From Hydrolagus affinis (lineage: Eukaryota): a stretch of DNA of 62,095 nt. Location: assembly GCA_012026655.1 (NCBI GenBank), contig JAAILG010001763.1, forward strand, positions 1 through 62,095, written 5' to 3'. The translations under genes and the position numbers were made by a program. This document shows, in pieces, positions 37,501-48,078 of the stretch (within the stretch, counting starts at the first letter, position 1; each line of letters opens with the position of its first letter). The notes beneath the pieces are model-generated. The model was not told the origin of the DNA, made no database searches, and saw nothing but the letters and a program-made list of their open reading frames with translations.

Positions 37501-39245
37501 TGTTTAAAGAAAAAAAGGCCAGTTCCTTAAACTTGTAAATTCCATCGAGCTATGAGTATCCTAAAGATCTATGATTACATAGACCAACTGTTCAATTCTA
37601 GATAAAACATTCAATGAAGCTATGTTTGTGTAATTCAGCATGAGTCAGGATCTTCAATAGAGCAGAGGCAGTTTTATACAAACAAAAATGATTAATGAAA
37701 ACATTACATTTGTTTTTTAAAAATACAAGACTTTCTCAGTTTCAATGCAGTTGAAGTTCAATTAAACTAAAGGTTTATTGTTCATAGGCTTTGGAACACT
37801 AGATATGGAGTGGTGGGCCACAAGTATTGACTATTTGGGTAAATAATACATGAAGTTGAAAAGTTCTTATTATTTAGTCAATTGCTTTAATGTGTTCAAT
37901 GTAAGGTTTTTAATTGTTATTTGTGATAAGTTATTCAGGTGAAATCTGGATTCCTACAATAAAATGTGTTCTTCAGGATTGAAAATCAGGATTGGGCTAT
38001 GCCCTTTTTGTATGAAACTATCTGATCAAAAACTATGATAAACTTATTTAAGGTTAAGAATACTCTAGCTTTAGTAGATCAGGTGATTTAAAAAGAAATC
38101 AATTTTGAAGTTGAGGTTTTACAAGGATAATGTCTTGTGAAGGATTGCATATTGATTTTAAATATAACTATCTAAACATATGTGAAGGAGCAACAACAAA
38201 ACAGCATGGATGTCAGGAGACTGGTTTTCAGGAAGTTTGAATGTTTCTGGGAAGTTCAATCACTTAACTGCTGAAGATGTGGACTCTGATACTATTTGTA
38301 TGCTTTGTCCCCTGATCCATGCAATAGAATTTTAAATGCACCAGGTTAATGTGAAAGCAGATGTGAGTAGTATTTTTATGTGCACATTATAGAGCCCTCA
38401 TATATTTGTGTCTTGCTTTCTCCTGCTTAATTATGTTCCTTTACGTACACCCTGCTCCCCTCAAGGCAATCACTCATACTTGGGCACAATTTCTCCAGCA
38501 CCAGCAACCCACCAATCTTAGTGGCCATTCTGTGTGTGTGTATGAGAGAGAGAGCCTTGTGCCAGTGGGCTATACAGCCATAGGGGGTACCACAGCTGAG
38601 CCCCATCCTGTCATCACTTGATGACCACACATGCACTTTCTACTACTGCATAACAACTAGGAGTGGAGAAACTTGGCTGAATTTCTTTTTACTTCCTTCC
38701 TCTTCCCTTAAACCCAGTTGCATCACCCCCAAAACCATCTTGTCTAAGTTCAACACAGACTAGAGACCAAACAAGATACCTTCCTGGACAGCAGTATTCA
38801 TACATGTCACATCTGCTCACGCTTCAGTAGTGCATAATTTGTACATTTGACTTTTTTTTCCCTCTTTTTAATGTTTTCATACTTATACCTTAAATAATTT
38901 TTGATGATACTTGGTGGTATCACAATAGATATTGCAACACCGTTCTTCAGCTAATTTATATTTACGTTTAACAATTCAATCTAATTTTTTTCGTATTGAA
39001 TAACAGTTTTTATGTAGTCACAATTTGGTTATTACTGACACATTTCCTGTTGTTTTTAGTGTAAAATTACTTAGTCTATTCAGAGTTAAAATAAAGGTTG
39101 AATTCAGCCCTTTTTAAAAAAAAAATTGAATGCTGTGTGCAGTTAGAAATATTGATTTTTTTTCTACGACAACAGATTCTAACACAACCATCGTTGCAGT
39201 CCTGTGAATCTTAGGCTTCCTTTCCTTAACCTTTTACCCCAATAG
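34509..39245 (+). other. U12-type (minor spliceosome) GT-AG intron 7
   Basis: 5' end GTATCTTTTT (U12 consensus RTATCCTTT with one change); branch site TTTCCTTAAC at 39221-39230, ending 15 nt before the intron end. Confidence 0.92.
38450..38800 (-). mobile_element. Ancient vertebrate SINE relic, AmnSINE2-like
   Basis: The reverse strand reads CCAGGAAGGT...TCAGCCAAG...GTGATGACAGGATGGGGCTCAGCTGTG...AGAATGGCCACT, in the order I recall for the consensus; family name unverified. Confidence 0.6.
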
Positions 39246-39313
39246 TGCCATTGGACAGGAACGCGAATCACTGCTTCGAGAGGAATTACAGAGGAAACAA
39301 ATGTCCTTTTTAG
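39246..39313 (+). CDS. CDIN1: CDIN1 exon 8 (HAIGQERESLLREELQRKQMSFL)
   Basis: CAATAG acceptor after the U12 branch site; donor TAG|GTAAGA; 68 nt, phase 2 to 1. Confidence 0.94.
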
Positions 39314-42170
39314 GTAAGAATGGATAGTACAACACTTGGATGCACACTGAAATATTTCATAAGTATTTACTTGAGGAAAAAGGCATCTGCATTGTATTTG
39401 CAAGTTAAAGAAGAGACAAGATGATTGATGCTGTTCATGTTATCTTATATTGATTTAGAACTCGACAGGAAATCAGTTACCTAATACTCTTATATGCAAT
39501 ACATGTACTGGCTAGTAATTAATATTTTATGCAATAAGTAGGTAGAAAAATACCTTTTTAATATCTGCTTCTGGAATACTTTTGCTACCCAGAAATTACA
39601 TACAGGATCTCTTGTCTTCAGAGACCTTAAAAAGTAGCACAGGGAATCGTGCTTAAGAGATGGTTTACATATCAAAGAAACAGAGTTGCAGGAAGCAACT
39701 ATCAGATATGTAAGAGGTATCTGCAAGGGAGATGAATGAGAAATTCTCGCTGATGTATTCTTGGGGGCAGAGAATGTGGGCAGTAGTAGAGTAGATCCAA
39801 ACAGTAACATGTTTGCATCTTGCTACCATTTCTACTTATTTGAGTCTGTTCATGTTTTTGAAAGTGCTTCTGGATAAACAACTTCATTATAGGATTTCAT
39901 TCCCATCTGCCAGTATAAATATTTGTATTTGGTGTGCTAGAAGCCCAAATATAAAACTCTTACATTTCACTTGCATTTTAACACTGGAAAAATTTACTTC
40001 TGTCCCTTCTTTCGTTCCATATTATTATTTTGGGGGCACAGGTATGCCATGTAACATAGGGCTAGATATCGTGTTCAGGTATTGTGTATGAGAGTTTAAA
40101 TTACCATTGAATTTGTGGCTGTGATAATGCACCAGGTTCCAAAAGGATCAACACCATTTTTAGCCTGATTGCTTCTGTGCTGTTTCCTTCACATTTTTAT
40201 TGAATTAAGTAAAGTTTACATACTTTCTTGCATCATGGTACATTATAGATTACACGGTGCATCTGGATACTTACATTCAGGATCTTATGCTGTTCACTTG
40301 GAACAGCATTACCAATAGAGTATTGTTAAGGCTGACCTCATTCCTGGGAAGTGATTTGGGTCAAGGCAGGAAGGTAGTTCCAGGAGCTTCCTGATTGCTG
40401 GGTTTGATAGGGTTTGGGCAGCATGTGGTCCCTCTGAATGTTTAATTGGAGGGAGAAATCTGGGGACATCATATTTGTTCATTGATACCAGACTCTCTTC
40501 GGCTGTTACACATTATGGTACTTGTATTAATCTTTCCGCCATTCAAATTGACTTTCCCTTTCTGAATGGCAGAATCTTGTCTTCCCTTAAAATTGCAAAG
40601 CATCTGGAGAGTGCCTATGTAGCATACTCAGTACTGTACTTGTAGAAGGAGTCCTGTTATCCGTGACACTTCTGGGCATAAGCAAAATGGGTAGTTATTT
40701 ACGTAGTAATAGAAGATTACATTGTAACAAGGTTAGTTCACTGGCTATGAAACAGCATTTTGGGGAATAATGGTCAAAAAAGGTTTTCAAATTGAAAAAT
40801 CTGCTTTCAACTTTTTTTTTTAGAAAAATAGAAGAAATATCTATCGGAAACAGATGGCAGTTCTTCTATACAAGTCTTAGTTAGAATTGTTCCAAACATT
40901 AAATATTATTTGTTTAAAATATAGCTGGAAAAATGAAAGTCAATGGAACAATAGCACCTCAGTAAATACCAAATAGAACTCATAGTTACTTACTCTAAGG
41001 CTTATCAATTGTATGGACTTCAAATTATATTGACCTTGGAGTTTTGTCATGAGGCACAATAGCAAAATGTTCTTAAACTGTCAGAGTTTCAGAACATTGG
41101 CCATGAAACTACTGTCCTCTGCTGATAAATGGATTGGAAATTGGCTACCCAGCAGTGGAATGGGCCATTAATTTTAATCAGAGGTGATGTGAAAAGGAGA
41201 GTAGGCTGTACCGCAATGTCAACAGCCCAGTAGGTGTTAAAAGAGACCACACAACCTTCTCTGTTACTTGTTTTAGCTATTAGTTTAGGTTGGGTGAAGA
41301 CAGAAAGGCATGTCTGGAATTGAATGACCAGGTCACCCAAAATGTAATGGAGAAATCAGGTGTTTCAGAAATAATAGCAAAGAGGCACTTAGAGTCAAGG
41401 ACGCTCTACTGACTGGGCAAGAACAGAGCATGCTGACAATTGTCAGCATTACAAATATTTTTGTATTTACATGGTATATAGACTTGTTTGATTCTCTTTC
41501 CTAATAAGTATGACAAAAAAAAATTCAAAAAGAAACCTTTTTTTCACTTTTACACTTGGGGCATTTGGGGAGATTTTTTTTTATCTGACATGGTATGCAA
41601 AAGCATGTGCGAGAATTTTTGTTTTCGTTGGTCTTTGCTCAAGTCCATCATTGCACTTGTATTGTGCTTATTTTGCCTGAATATTACACCCAAATAATGT
41701 TTGGCAATTGAAAAAAGGAAAGATTAATTTATTTACAATTTGTTTTTCAAAAAGAATGCAACAGCATGCATTTCTGTCTAGTAAGTTACTTATATAACTG
41801 AGTTAGATTCCACAAAATTAAAATAACATTAAAATAAACACTTGGCATCATGCAGGTAGTATTCGCTCTAACCTCTGACTCCCTCAGAACTACCATCTCT
41901 TTAACATTTTCCTTAAAATCTTTCTTCAAATAAATCGAGGATCTGAAAGCAAATTTAAAGCCCCAAGAGTGGTGGAAAACGCTGTTAAGCTTTGCTTCTT
42001 CTTTGCTTAAGTCCCAATTCTTGTGATGTACATCAGGTAATAATTAGGAACTAGTTGCATGATCCACTGTAGCTTAAATTTTATTATCAGCTGCTTTCTT
42101 TTCCTTGCTATTTATACTGTTTTATGATATATATGGTATAATGGATGCATCACTTTTCTTTGCTGTGTAG

Positions 42171-42236
42171 ATGAAGATCAGCTTCGTGGCAAAGGCTATG
42201 ACAAAACACCCGACATTATTTTAGAGGTGCCAGTTG
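42171..42236 (+). CDS. CDIN1: CDIN1 exon 9 ([22 protein letters not shown]; carries the PD motif)
   Basis: TGTGTAG acceptor; donor TTG|GTAAGT; 66 nt, phase 1 to 1. Confidence 0.96.
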
Positions 42237-43954
42237 GTAAGTCTCAGAAATCTTCCATTTTAACCCGTCAACCCAATTTCAGAATAGGGTATATTCTTTG
42301 ATCTACTTTATGTATCACAGGCAATTTAGGCAGTTCAATGGAGGTGGAAAAAAATCACTGGAGCTTTTCTTGTACGACTTCTGCGTTGGAGGCTTTCTGA
42401 TCAACCGTTCCTCACTCTACAAGTCTTCTGTTGTGTTCACTTTGTTCTTCCTCCCTCTGCTTCAGTCAAATCACATAAGAAGCTTTTCTGTGCAGTGGAT
42501 ATGGTTTCGAAGTATGGGTGTCTTTTTTTTTGCTTCAAAAACTTGAACTGTTGAGATTCATACTGATAACTGTAGATTGTTTTTCTTTTTGAATTGGGCT
42601 AATTAGGTTTCTTTCTCAAACACTGTTTTTGCCTCAAACAATGGATAATTTTGAGAATTATGCAAATACTGTATAGTATTCATGCATAAACATAATGTGC
42701 AAGGGTTAACACATGCATGTGTTTCAAGAGGTATAGTAAGGTGAAAAACTATTCTGTAATCAAATTTTATTTCAAGTTGGGAAGAAAGTAATGATAAAAT
42801 GTTATGCAAGTGAAGGTCAGTAATTTGTTTACTGGAGGAAGCTGGTTCAAGGGAGTCTTTGAAAGTATGAGAAGAACAAAGAAAAATGCTTTGAGAAGAC
42901 ACTATGGAATAAAAAATCAAAAGTCTAAAAATGGCAAAGAAATTTAGCAGCAACATAAAGAGTGACTGATGGCCGACAAGTTTAAAATTATTTTGCAAAG
43001 AGAATCATTGAAAGAATTTAATGGGGAATCTCAAGTTTATTTGAGATTATTCAAGAAGGCAAGAACAGTTTGAAACGGTTAAAATAAAGTTGTGAATGGA
43101 TGGGGCTAAACATTAGAACTTGTATCATATAATTGGAAAATATTTAAACTATTGGGTGGTGGGTTGGAAGCATGAAATGAAGAATGATGAGAAGCAAATA
43201 ATAGGTTAGAGTAAGTGGTCATGATGGAGTAGGTGAGGCATTAAGAAATCAGGAGATGAAAATCAATAAACAAATACTGTACCTAGTAGCTGGGATCATT
43301 ATAAAACTGATCAACTCTTTTCATTTTGTTATGAGAAGTGTACGGAATAAGGTATTCAAGCTTGAAGGTTGTGTGTCAGTTGATAGAGTAGATGTAATTA
43401 TTATAACAAATCTGGTTAAAGCTGGAAGGTGGACACCAAATTTTAATTTGAGCCTTTATAAATTTTTGGGAAGCGACAGATAGCTATGAGGATGGAGGAA
43501 GCTCACCTGGTTATTAATAGCTGATGTAGCTTTGGATGAAAATAATAAACATCCTTTGGGTGAAGAATCTGGAAACTATGTCCCAACTATATCAATGTAT
43601 TTAATGGGACTGTTTGTGCCTTTTGGAAAAATTAGTTTGTGAGGAAATGTTCCCTAATTTAATCTCCATTTTCATCTTTCTCTCCCAACTGTGATATCAA
43701 ATTTATCTGGCACATCAAACCATCATCTCCAGTATACTCCAAAGACCTTTCTTTGTTCCTCTCTTCGTCCTTACCTCCGTGTGGCACTTTAGCAATATCA
43801 TCCTCGAACATGGGATTAAGCTTCCAATATATTAGATAGTTGAACAGAATAACATTGAGTGATGTGGTACAGAAATAAGCCAGTTGGCCCAATTAGTCTG
43901 TGCTGGTTTTCATAACTCTCACCTTACCTATCTCCTTCTTCAAAGTTGATCTAT

Positions 43955-44395
43955 TCCCTTCTCACCCTCTCCTGACTCCACTGGCTTCCCATCACACAGA
44001 GGATATGGTTCAAGGTCCTGGTCCTCACGTTCAAAATCCTCCATGGCCTTGCTCCCTCCACCTCTGCAGCCTCTTAACCCTCTACCAACCTGCCCACGCA
44101 CTCCACTCGGTGGGCTCCAGGCTGCTTCACATCCCCTGGCTCCCCATCCCCCAGAGGATCGAGTTCAAGATCCTTATCCTCGTTTTCAAAGCCCTACATG
44201 GCCTTGCCCCGCCCTACCTATCCGATCTACTCTCCCCCTATAAGCCCACCCGGACCCTCCGTACAGCAGGACTTGGTTTGCTCCAAGCCCCCTGCCACCC
44301 TTGCCACACCTGTCACACCTGCCCCACCATTGATGGACATGCCTTCAGCCATTTCTGCTCCCACTCTCTGGACTCCATCCCAGAGTCCCCCATTT
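43955..44395 (+). mobile_element. L2-clade LINE fragments (ORF2 C-terminus), an older and a younger piece in tandem
   Basis: Translation WLPIPQRIEFKILILVFKALHGLAPPYLSDLL is the typical L2 ORF2 C-terminal signature. Confidence 0.9.
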
Positions 44396-44483
44396 CATTT
44401 CAGGGCCATTACCATTTTGTCTGACTACATGTGCTATAGCTTTCTTAAGCTCAATGTTGATCAGACTGACACAGTTCTCACTA

Positions 44484-44715
44484 CAACAAAGGCAAAATCA
44501 GATTTGTATAGCGCCTTTCACGTCAGGATGTGTCAGTGTTTCAGATCTGGGGTCGGAATCGGGCAGGGTAGTTGGAAAGGAGGGAAGAGGGGGTGACCAA
44601 TGGGACCGTTGAAGAGAAGGGTCTTGAGGCGGAACTTGAAGGAGGCAAGGCGAAGGGATTGCGGGATGGAATTCCAGAGGTTGGAGGCAGAGTGGCTAAA
44701 ATGCCTAGATGGCCT
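44484..44715 (-). mobile_element. L2 LINE 3' fragment
   Basis: GATTTGTATAGCGCCTTTCACGT tail; reverse translation FSHSASNLWNSIPQSLRLASFKFRLKTLLF. Confidence 0.85.
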
Positions 44716-44816
44716 TTGATGAAGACTTTGAAACAAGAGAGTTATATAAAAGTTGAAATCTGTGCAGTGCAGGTTAAATGTCTTTCAGACCTCCTCAATT
44801 TCTTCCATTGAATTGT

Positions 44817-45330
44817 CTGGCTCCCCATCCCCCAGAGGATCGAGTTCAAGATCCTTGTCCTCGTTTTCAAAGCCCTACACGGCCTTGCCCCGCCGTACCT
44901 ATCCGATCTACTCTCCCCCTATAAGCCCACCCGGACCCTCCGTCCAGCAGGACTTGGTTTGCTCCAAGCCCCCCGCCCGAACCGCCCACCATTGGAGGCC
45001 GGGCCTTCAGTTTCTCCACTCCCACCCTGTGGAATTCCATCCCCCAATCCCTCCGNNNNNNNNNNNNNNNNNNNNNNNNNNNNNNNNNNNNNNNNNNNNN
45101 NNNNNNNNNNNNNNNNNNNNNNNNNNNNNNNNNNNNNNNNNNNNNNNNNNNNNNNTTCCTTTTCGACCGTGCCTTTTGTTCCCCCCCTAATTTTTTGACC
45201 TCCCCCACGTTTTTTTACCCCCTCCCGAACACTCCCCTCCCAGCTCGGGTCACACGCCTCCTGTGCAGCGCCTTGGGACGCCCTCCCAACGTGAAAGGTG
45301 CTCTATAAGTCTAATTTGTTGTTGTTGTTG
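44817..45330 (+). mobile_element. Young L2 LINE 3' end spanning a 100-N gap
   Basis: ORF2 C-terminus, 3' UTR and (TGT)n tail. Confidence 0.9.
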
Positions 45331-45371
45331 TCTGCTTTATCCAGTGGACAGTTTAGAGGATTACAAAAGGT

Positions 45372-45411
45372 GAGATGTGAAAGGCGCTATACAGATGTAA
45401 ATTTGTTGTTG
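45372..45411 (+). mobile_element. Short L2 tail immediately upstream of exon 10
   Basis: GATGTGAAAGGCGCTATACAGATGTAAATTTGTTGTTG. Confidence 0.75.
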
Positions 45412-45432
45412 TAAACCTTTTGTTTTATAAAG

Positions 45433-45538
45433 CTGTTGAAGGTCATGTGATTCACTGGATTGAAAGCAAAGCCTCGTTTGGAGATGAATGCAGTCACCAA
45501 TCCTATCTACAGGACCAATTCTGGAGCTACTGGAACAG
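45433..45538 (+). CDS. CDIN1: CDIN1 exon 10 ([35 protein letters not shown]; carries the ExK motif)
   Basis: TTTTATAAAG acceptor; donor CAG|GTAGGT; 106 nt, phase 1 to 2. Confidence 0.97.
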
Positions 45539-46325
45539 GTAGGTTTCCTTTATATCGGAAAGTTTACTTAAAAAATGTTTTGTCCTGGTTTGGTTGACCA
45601 TGATATCACCAAGGAACAGAACCTGCCAAAAAAAAATCCTGAAAATATTTTGGTACAACAGAATGGGGAAATTCTGTTACACTTAATGTTCTTGTATCAT
45701 ATATGGCTTTCCATGCCTCTTATTTTGGAACTTCTGCATAGTTACCTTCATTTTTAATCACGTGTCAGCAGCATTTCCATTACAGCTTTAGTGTGAAAGA
45801 TTTGTTTTCATCGGATAGTATTTCTGTTGACTTGACAATTATTTCCTAGAAGGTTGTCTTGAGAATTTAATTTCAGACTATTTGATTGCTGCGAAGTTCA
45901 GGCTGGAACTTTAGGAACTTTCATGTGTTAACCTGTACACACATTGGAGACCGCATCTCCAATTAACAACAATTGCACCCTTTTGGCTAACGCGTGTTTT
46001 TAAGTAGTAGATGACTGCAACAGGATCTAACTATGTGATCCTTGATAATCTAGCATATAGCCTCTGGCTACGCCTCAGAGTCTATCAGCAGACAGAAGTA
46101 TTGCAATCTGATACAGGCTTAAACCAATGATGTGTTTATTGAAAGCAAAAGCACTTAAAGGAAATGAGGTAAAAACAGAACATACAAAAGCACAAATACT
46201 ATGAACTAGGAAAAATAAAATAGAATCAAAGAGTGTTATACACCAGGAACAGGCCATTTGACACATTAGGTCTGTATTGATGATTTTTGAGTGCTTGGTC
46301 TCTGTGCAATACTGTTTCTTCAAGC

Positions 46326-46357
46326 ATCCTATGTAATTCTAATCCTATGTAATTCTA
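46326..46357. repeat. 16-bp tandem duplication (ATCCTATGTAATTCTA x2)
   Basis: Read directly. Confidence 0.9.
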
Positions 46358-47015
46358 CATGTTTTAAAAAATCGCTTTAGCTATGCTGCATCATAGAATG
46401 AATCTTAAGAATCCAAAAAGGTTGAGGAATGAAGTCTTGTAGGAAGTAGAAAGTCTCAGCTCTTACAATGAATGATTATTAATCAGTTCTTCAAAACATC
46501 AGGATCGCTTTCTCTCCAAACAGAAGCTGACAGTCAATTCAGGCAGGAGGATATTGTAATTGGTCTTTACAGGTCTCAAATGGACGGTTGCACGGTAGAG
46601 CAAATGCAATGGCTATTCTTCATTCCTTTGTACCTTGTGCTGCATTATTGCATATCTTAACAAATTAGAGCATTGTGTAATTTATAGTTTATATTTAGTA
46701 ATTTAGCAGTGTCTTTATAGAACACTTTTTCTTCCCAGTTTCATCCTGGTTTCAATTTTTATTTTTTATGCCAAAATGTTTCATGAATATAAGCAAGCAA
46801 TGTATTTTTTATTAAATGGTTCCAGGTCAGAAACTATGAAATGTAGTAGTCATTTGCACCTTTTTAATGATCATGGACAGGATTGCTTTGCTGTACACTT
46901 TATACCCTGACCCAATGACAAGATTGAGATCAGAAACTTTGTGAGAGGAAAACTGTTTATCCAATAAACCAGTCCAAGGTAGAAGTCTTTATTGGATCTG
47001 TTTATTTTGTACTAT

Positions 47016-47057
47016 AACAAAAACAACAAAATTACATTTATAGAGCACCTTTCACGA
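47016..47057 (-). mobile_element. Short L2 tail
   Basis: AACAACAAAATTACATTTATAGAGCACCTTTCACG matches 58704-58746. Confidence 0.75.
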
Positions 47058-47386
47058 CTACTAATTTACACATTGCGAATCTAGTCAATAGGTCAACTAC
47101 TTAAAAGAAAGCCTTTTTTTTCACATTTTGTGTCACATAAATTCGAATGTACATAACGCAGAGCAAATTTGTCAAATATTTTATTTTACTGATATTGCCT
47201 AGCACAGTGAAACTTTCTCAAAAACATACAATTGAATTTTACTAAATTTTTGAAAGTTAATTGGTGCATTAGTATTCATCAACAAAATAATTTGACTTCC
47301 CATTGCTGGTTCAGAAGGAAATTGGGTGGGGAATTGTTCTGATCTGAGAGTCTGAGAGAAACCTCAATTTTTCCCCAAGCAACTTC

Positions 47387-47746
47387 TCCTATAGCTCAGT
47401 GGTTACAGTACTTGCCTCACAAGTGAAACATTTGGGTTTGATTCCTGGCAAGATGAAATTTTGGGCCTTACAGTTTCCTCCTCCACACACCTCTGTTTAT
47501 TGAGCTGTAGTAGGAACCTGATTGTTCGTCGATTGCCAGATTGATTTTTCGGGTGTAACAATTCAAAAAAATTGTTCACTTGAATCCACGACTGTTTGTG
47601 GGACACTGCTGTGTGCAATTGTCTGTCGTGTTTCATGCACAAAATATGCAATCAATACGCTTTACAGTATATTCTGTGAAGCACTTTGAGATGTCCAGAA
47701 GATGTGATAAAGCACTGTATCAAATGCCAGGAGTATTCTTATTATA
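47387..47746 (+). mobile_element. tRNA-derived SINE, near full length
   Basis: TAGCTCAGTGGTTA head, GGTTTGATTCC box B, shared body and tail. Confidence 0.88.
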
Positions 47747-47924
47747 AGACACCAGTTTCGATAAGGTATTCAAAGAGGGTCTAATGAGCAGTTAACAAGT
47801 TTCCTGGTACATGAAATAAAAGTGAGGACAGGTCACATCCAAGCTGAGAGATGACTATTGGTTAAGTACTGTGTGTGTAGGATCAGCATTAAGTTTTCTA
47901 AAGCCTTTATCAGTTCACTTCCAT

Positions 47925-48078
47925 GGCTATTTGTGTGACATTGTTGTGTGCAACTGACTGCCACATTTCACCCACAAAAATACACAGACAATCAATCCAC
48001 TTTAGCGTATCTTGAAGCGCTCACATCAACTAAGTGATAAGGCAATAAAGCAAATGCAAGGATTATTATCATTATTAT
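47925..48078 (+). mobile_element. SINE 3' fragment
   Basis: CTGCCACATTTCACCCACAAA...AAATGCAAGGATTATTAT. Confidence 0.75.

Larger units (their letters stand above)
16813..45155. other. Seven N runs: 16813-17048, 21892-22079, 22399-22570, 23076-23207, 29739-29894, 30900-31070, 45056-45155
   Basis: Read directly; lengths 236, 188, 172, 132, 156, 171 and 100 nt. No coding exon is missing across them. Confidence 0.97.
107..45538 (+). other. CDIN1: CDIN1/C15orf41 orthologue, coding exons 1-10 (3' incomplete); predicted HTH domains plus PD-(D/E)XK nuclease-like domain
   Basis: Ten GT-AG-bounded exons (101,46,65,61,73,80,50,68,66,106 nt) splice in frame without stops. The translation is collinear with human C15orf41 as I recall it ([43 protein letters not shown]). 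Confidence 0.97.

Noticed and set aside
43900-44424. 174-aa ORF as a host gene
   Set aside because: A fragment of L2 ORF2 lacking the RT core and endonuclease; chimeric and non-autonomous.
47045-47072. LF-SINE 3' end
   Set aside because: Better explained as the minus-strand L2 tail shared with 58704-58746; no LF-SINE body is adjacent.
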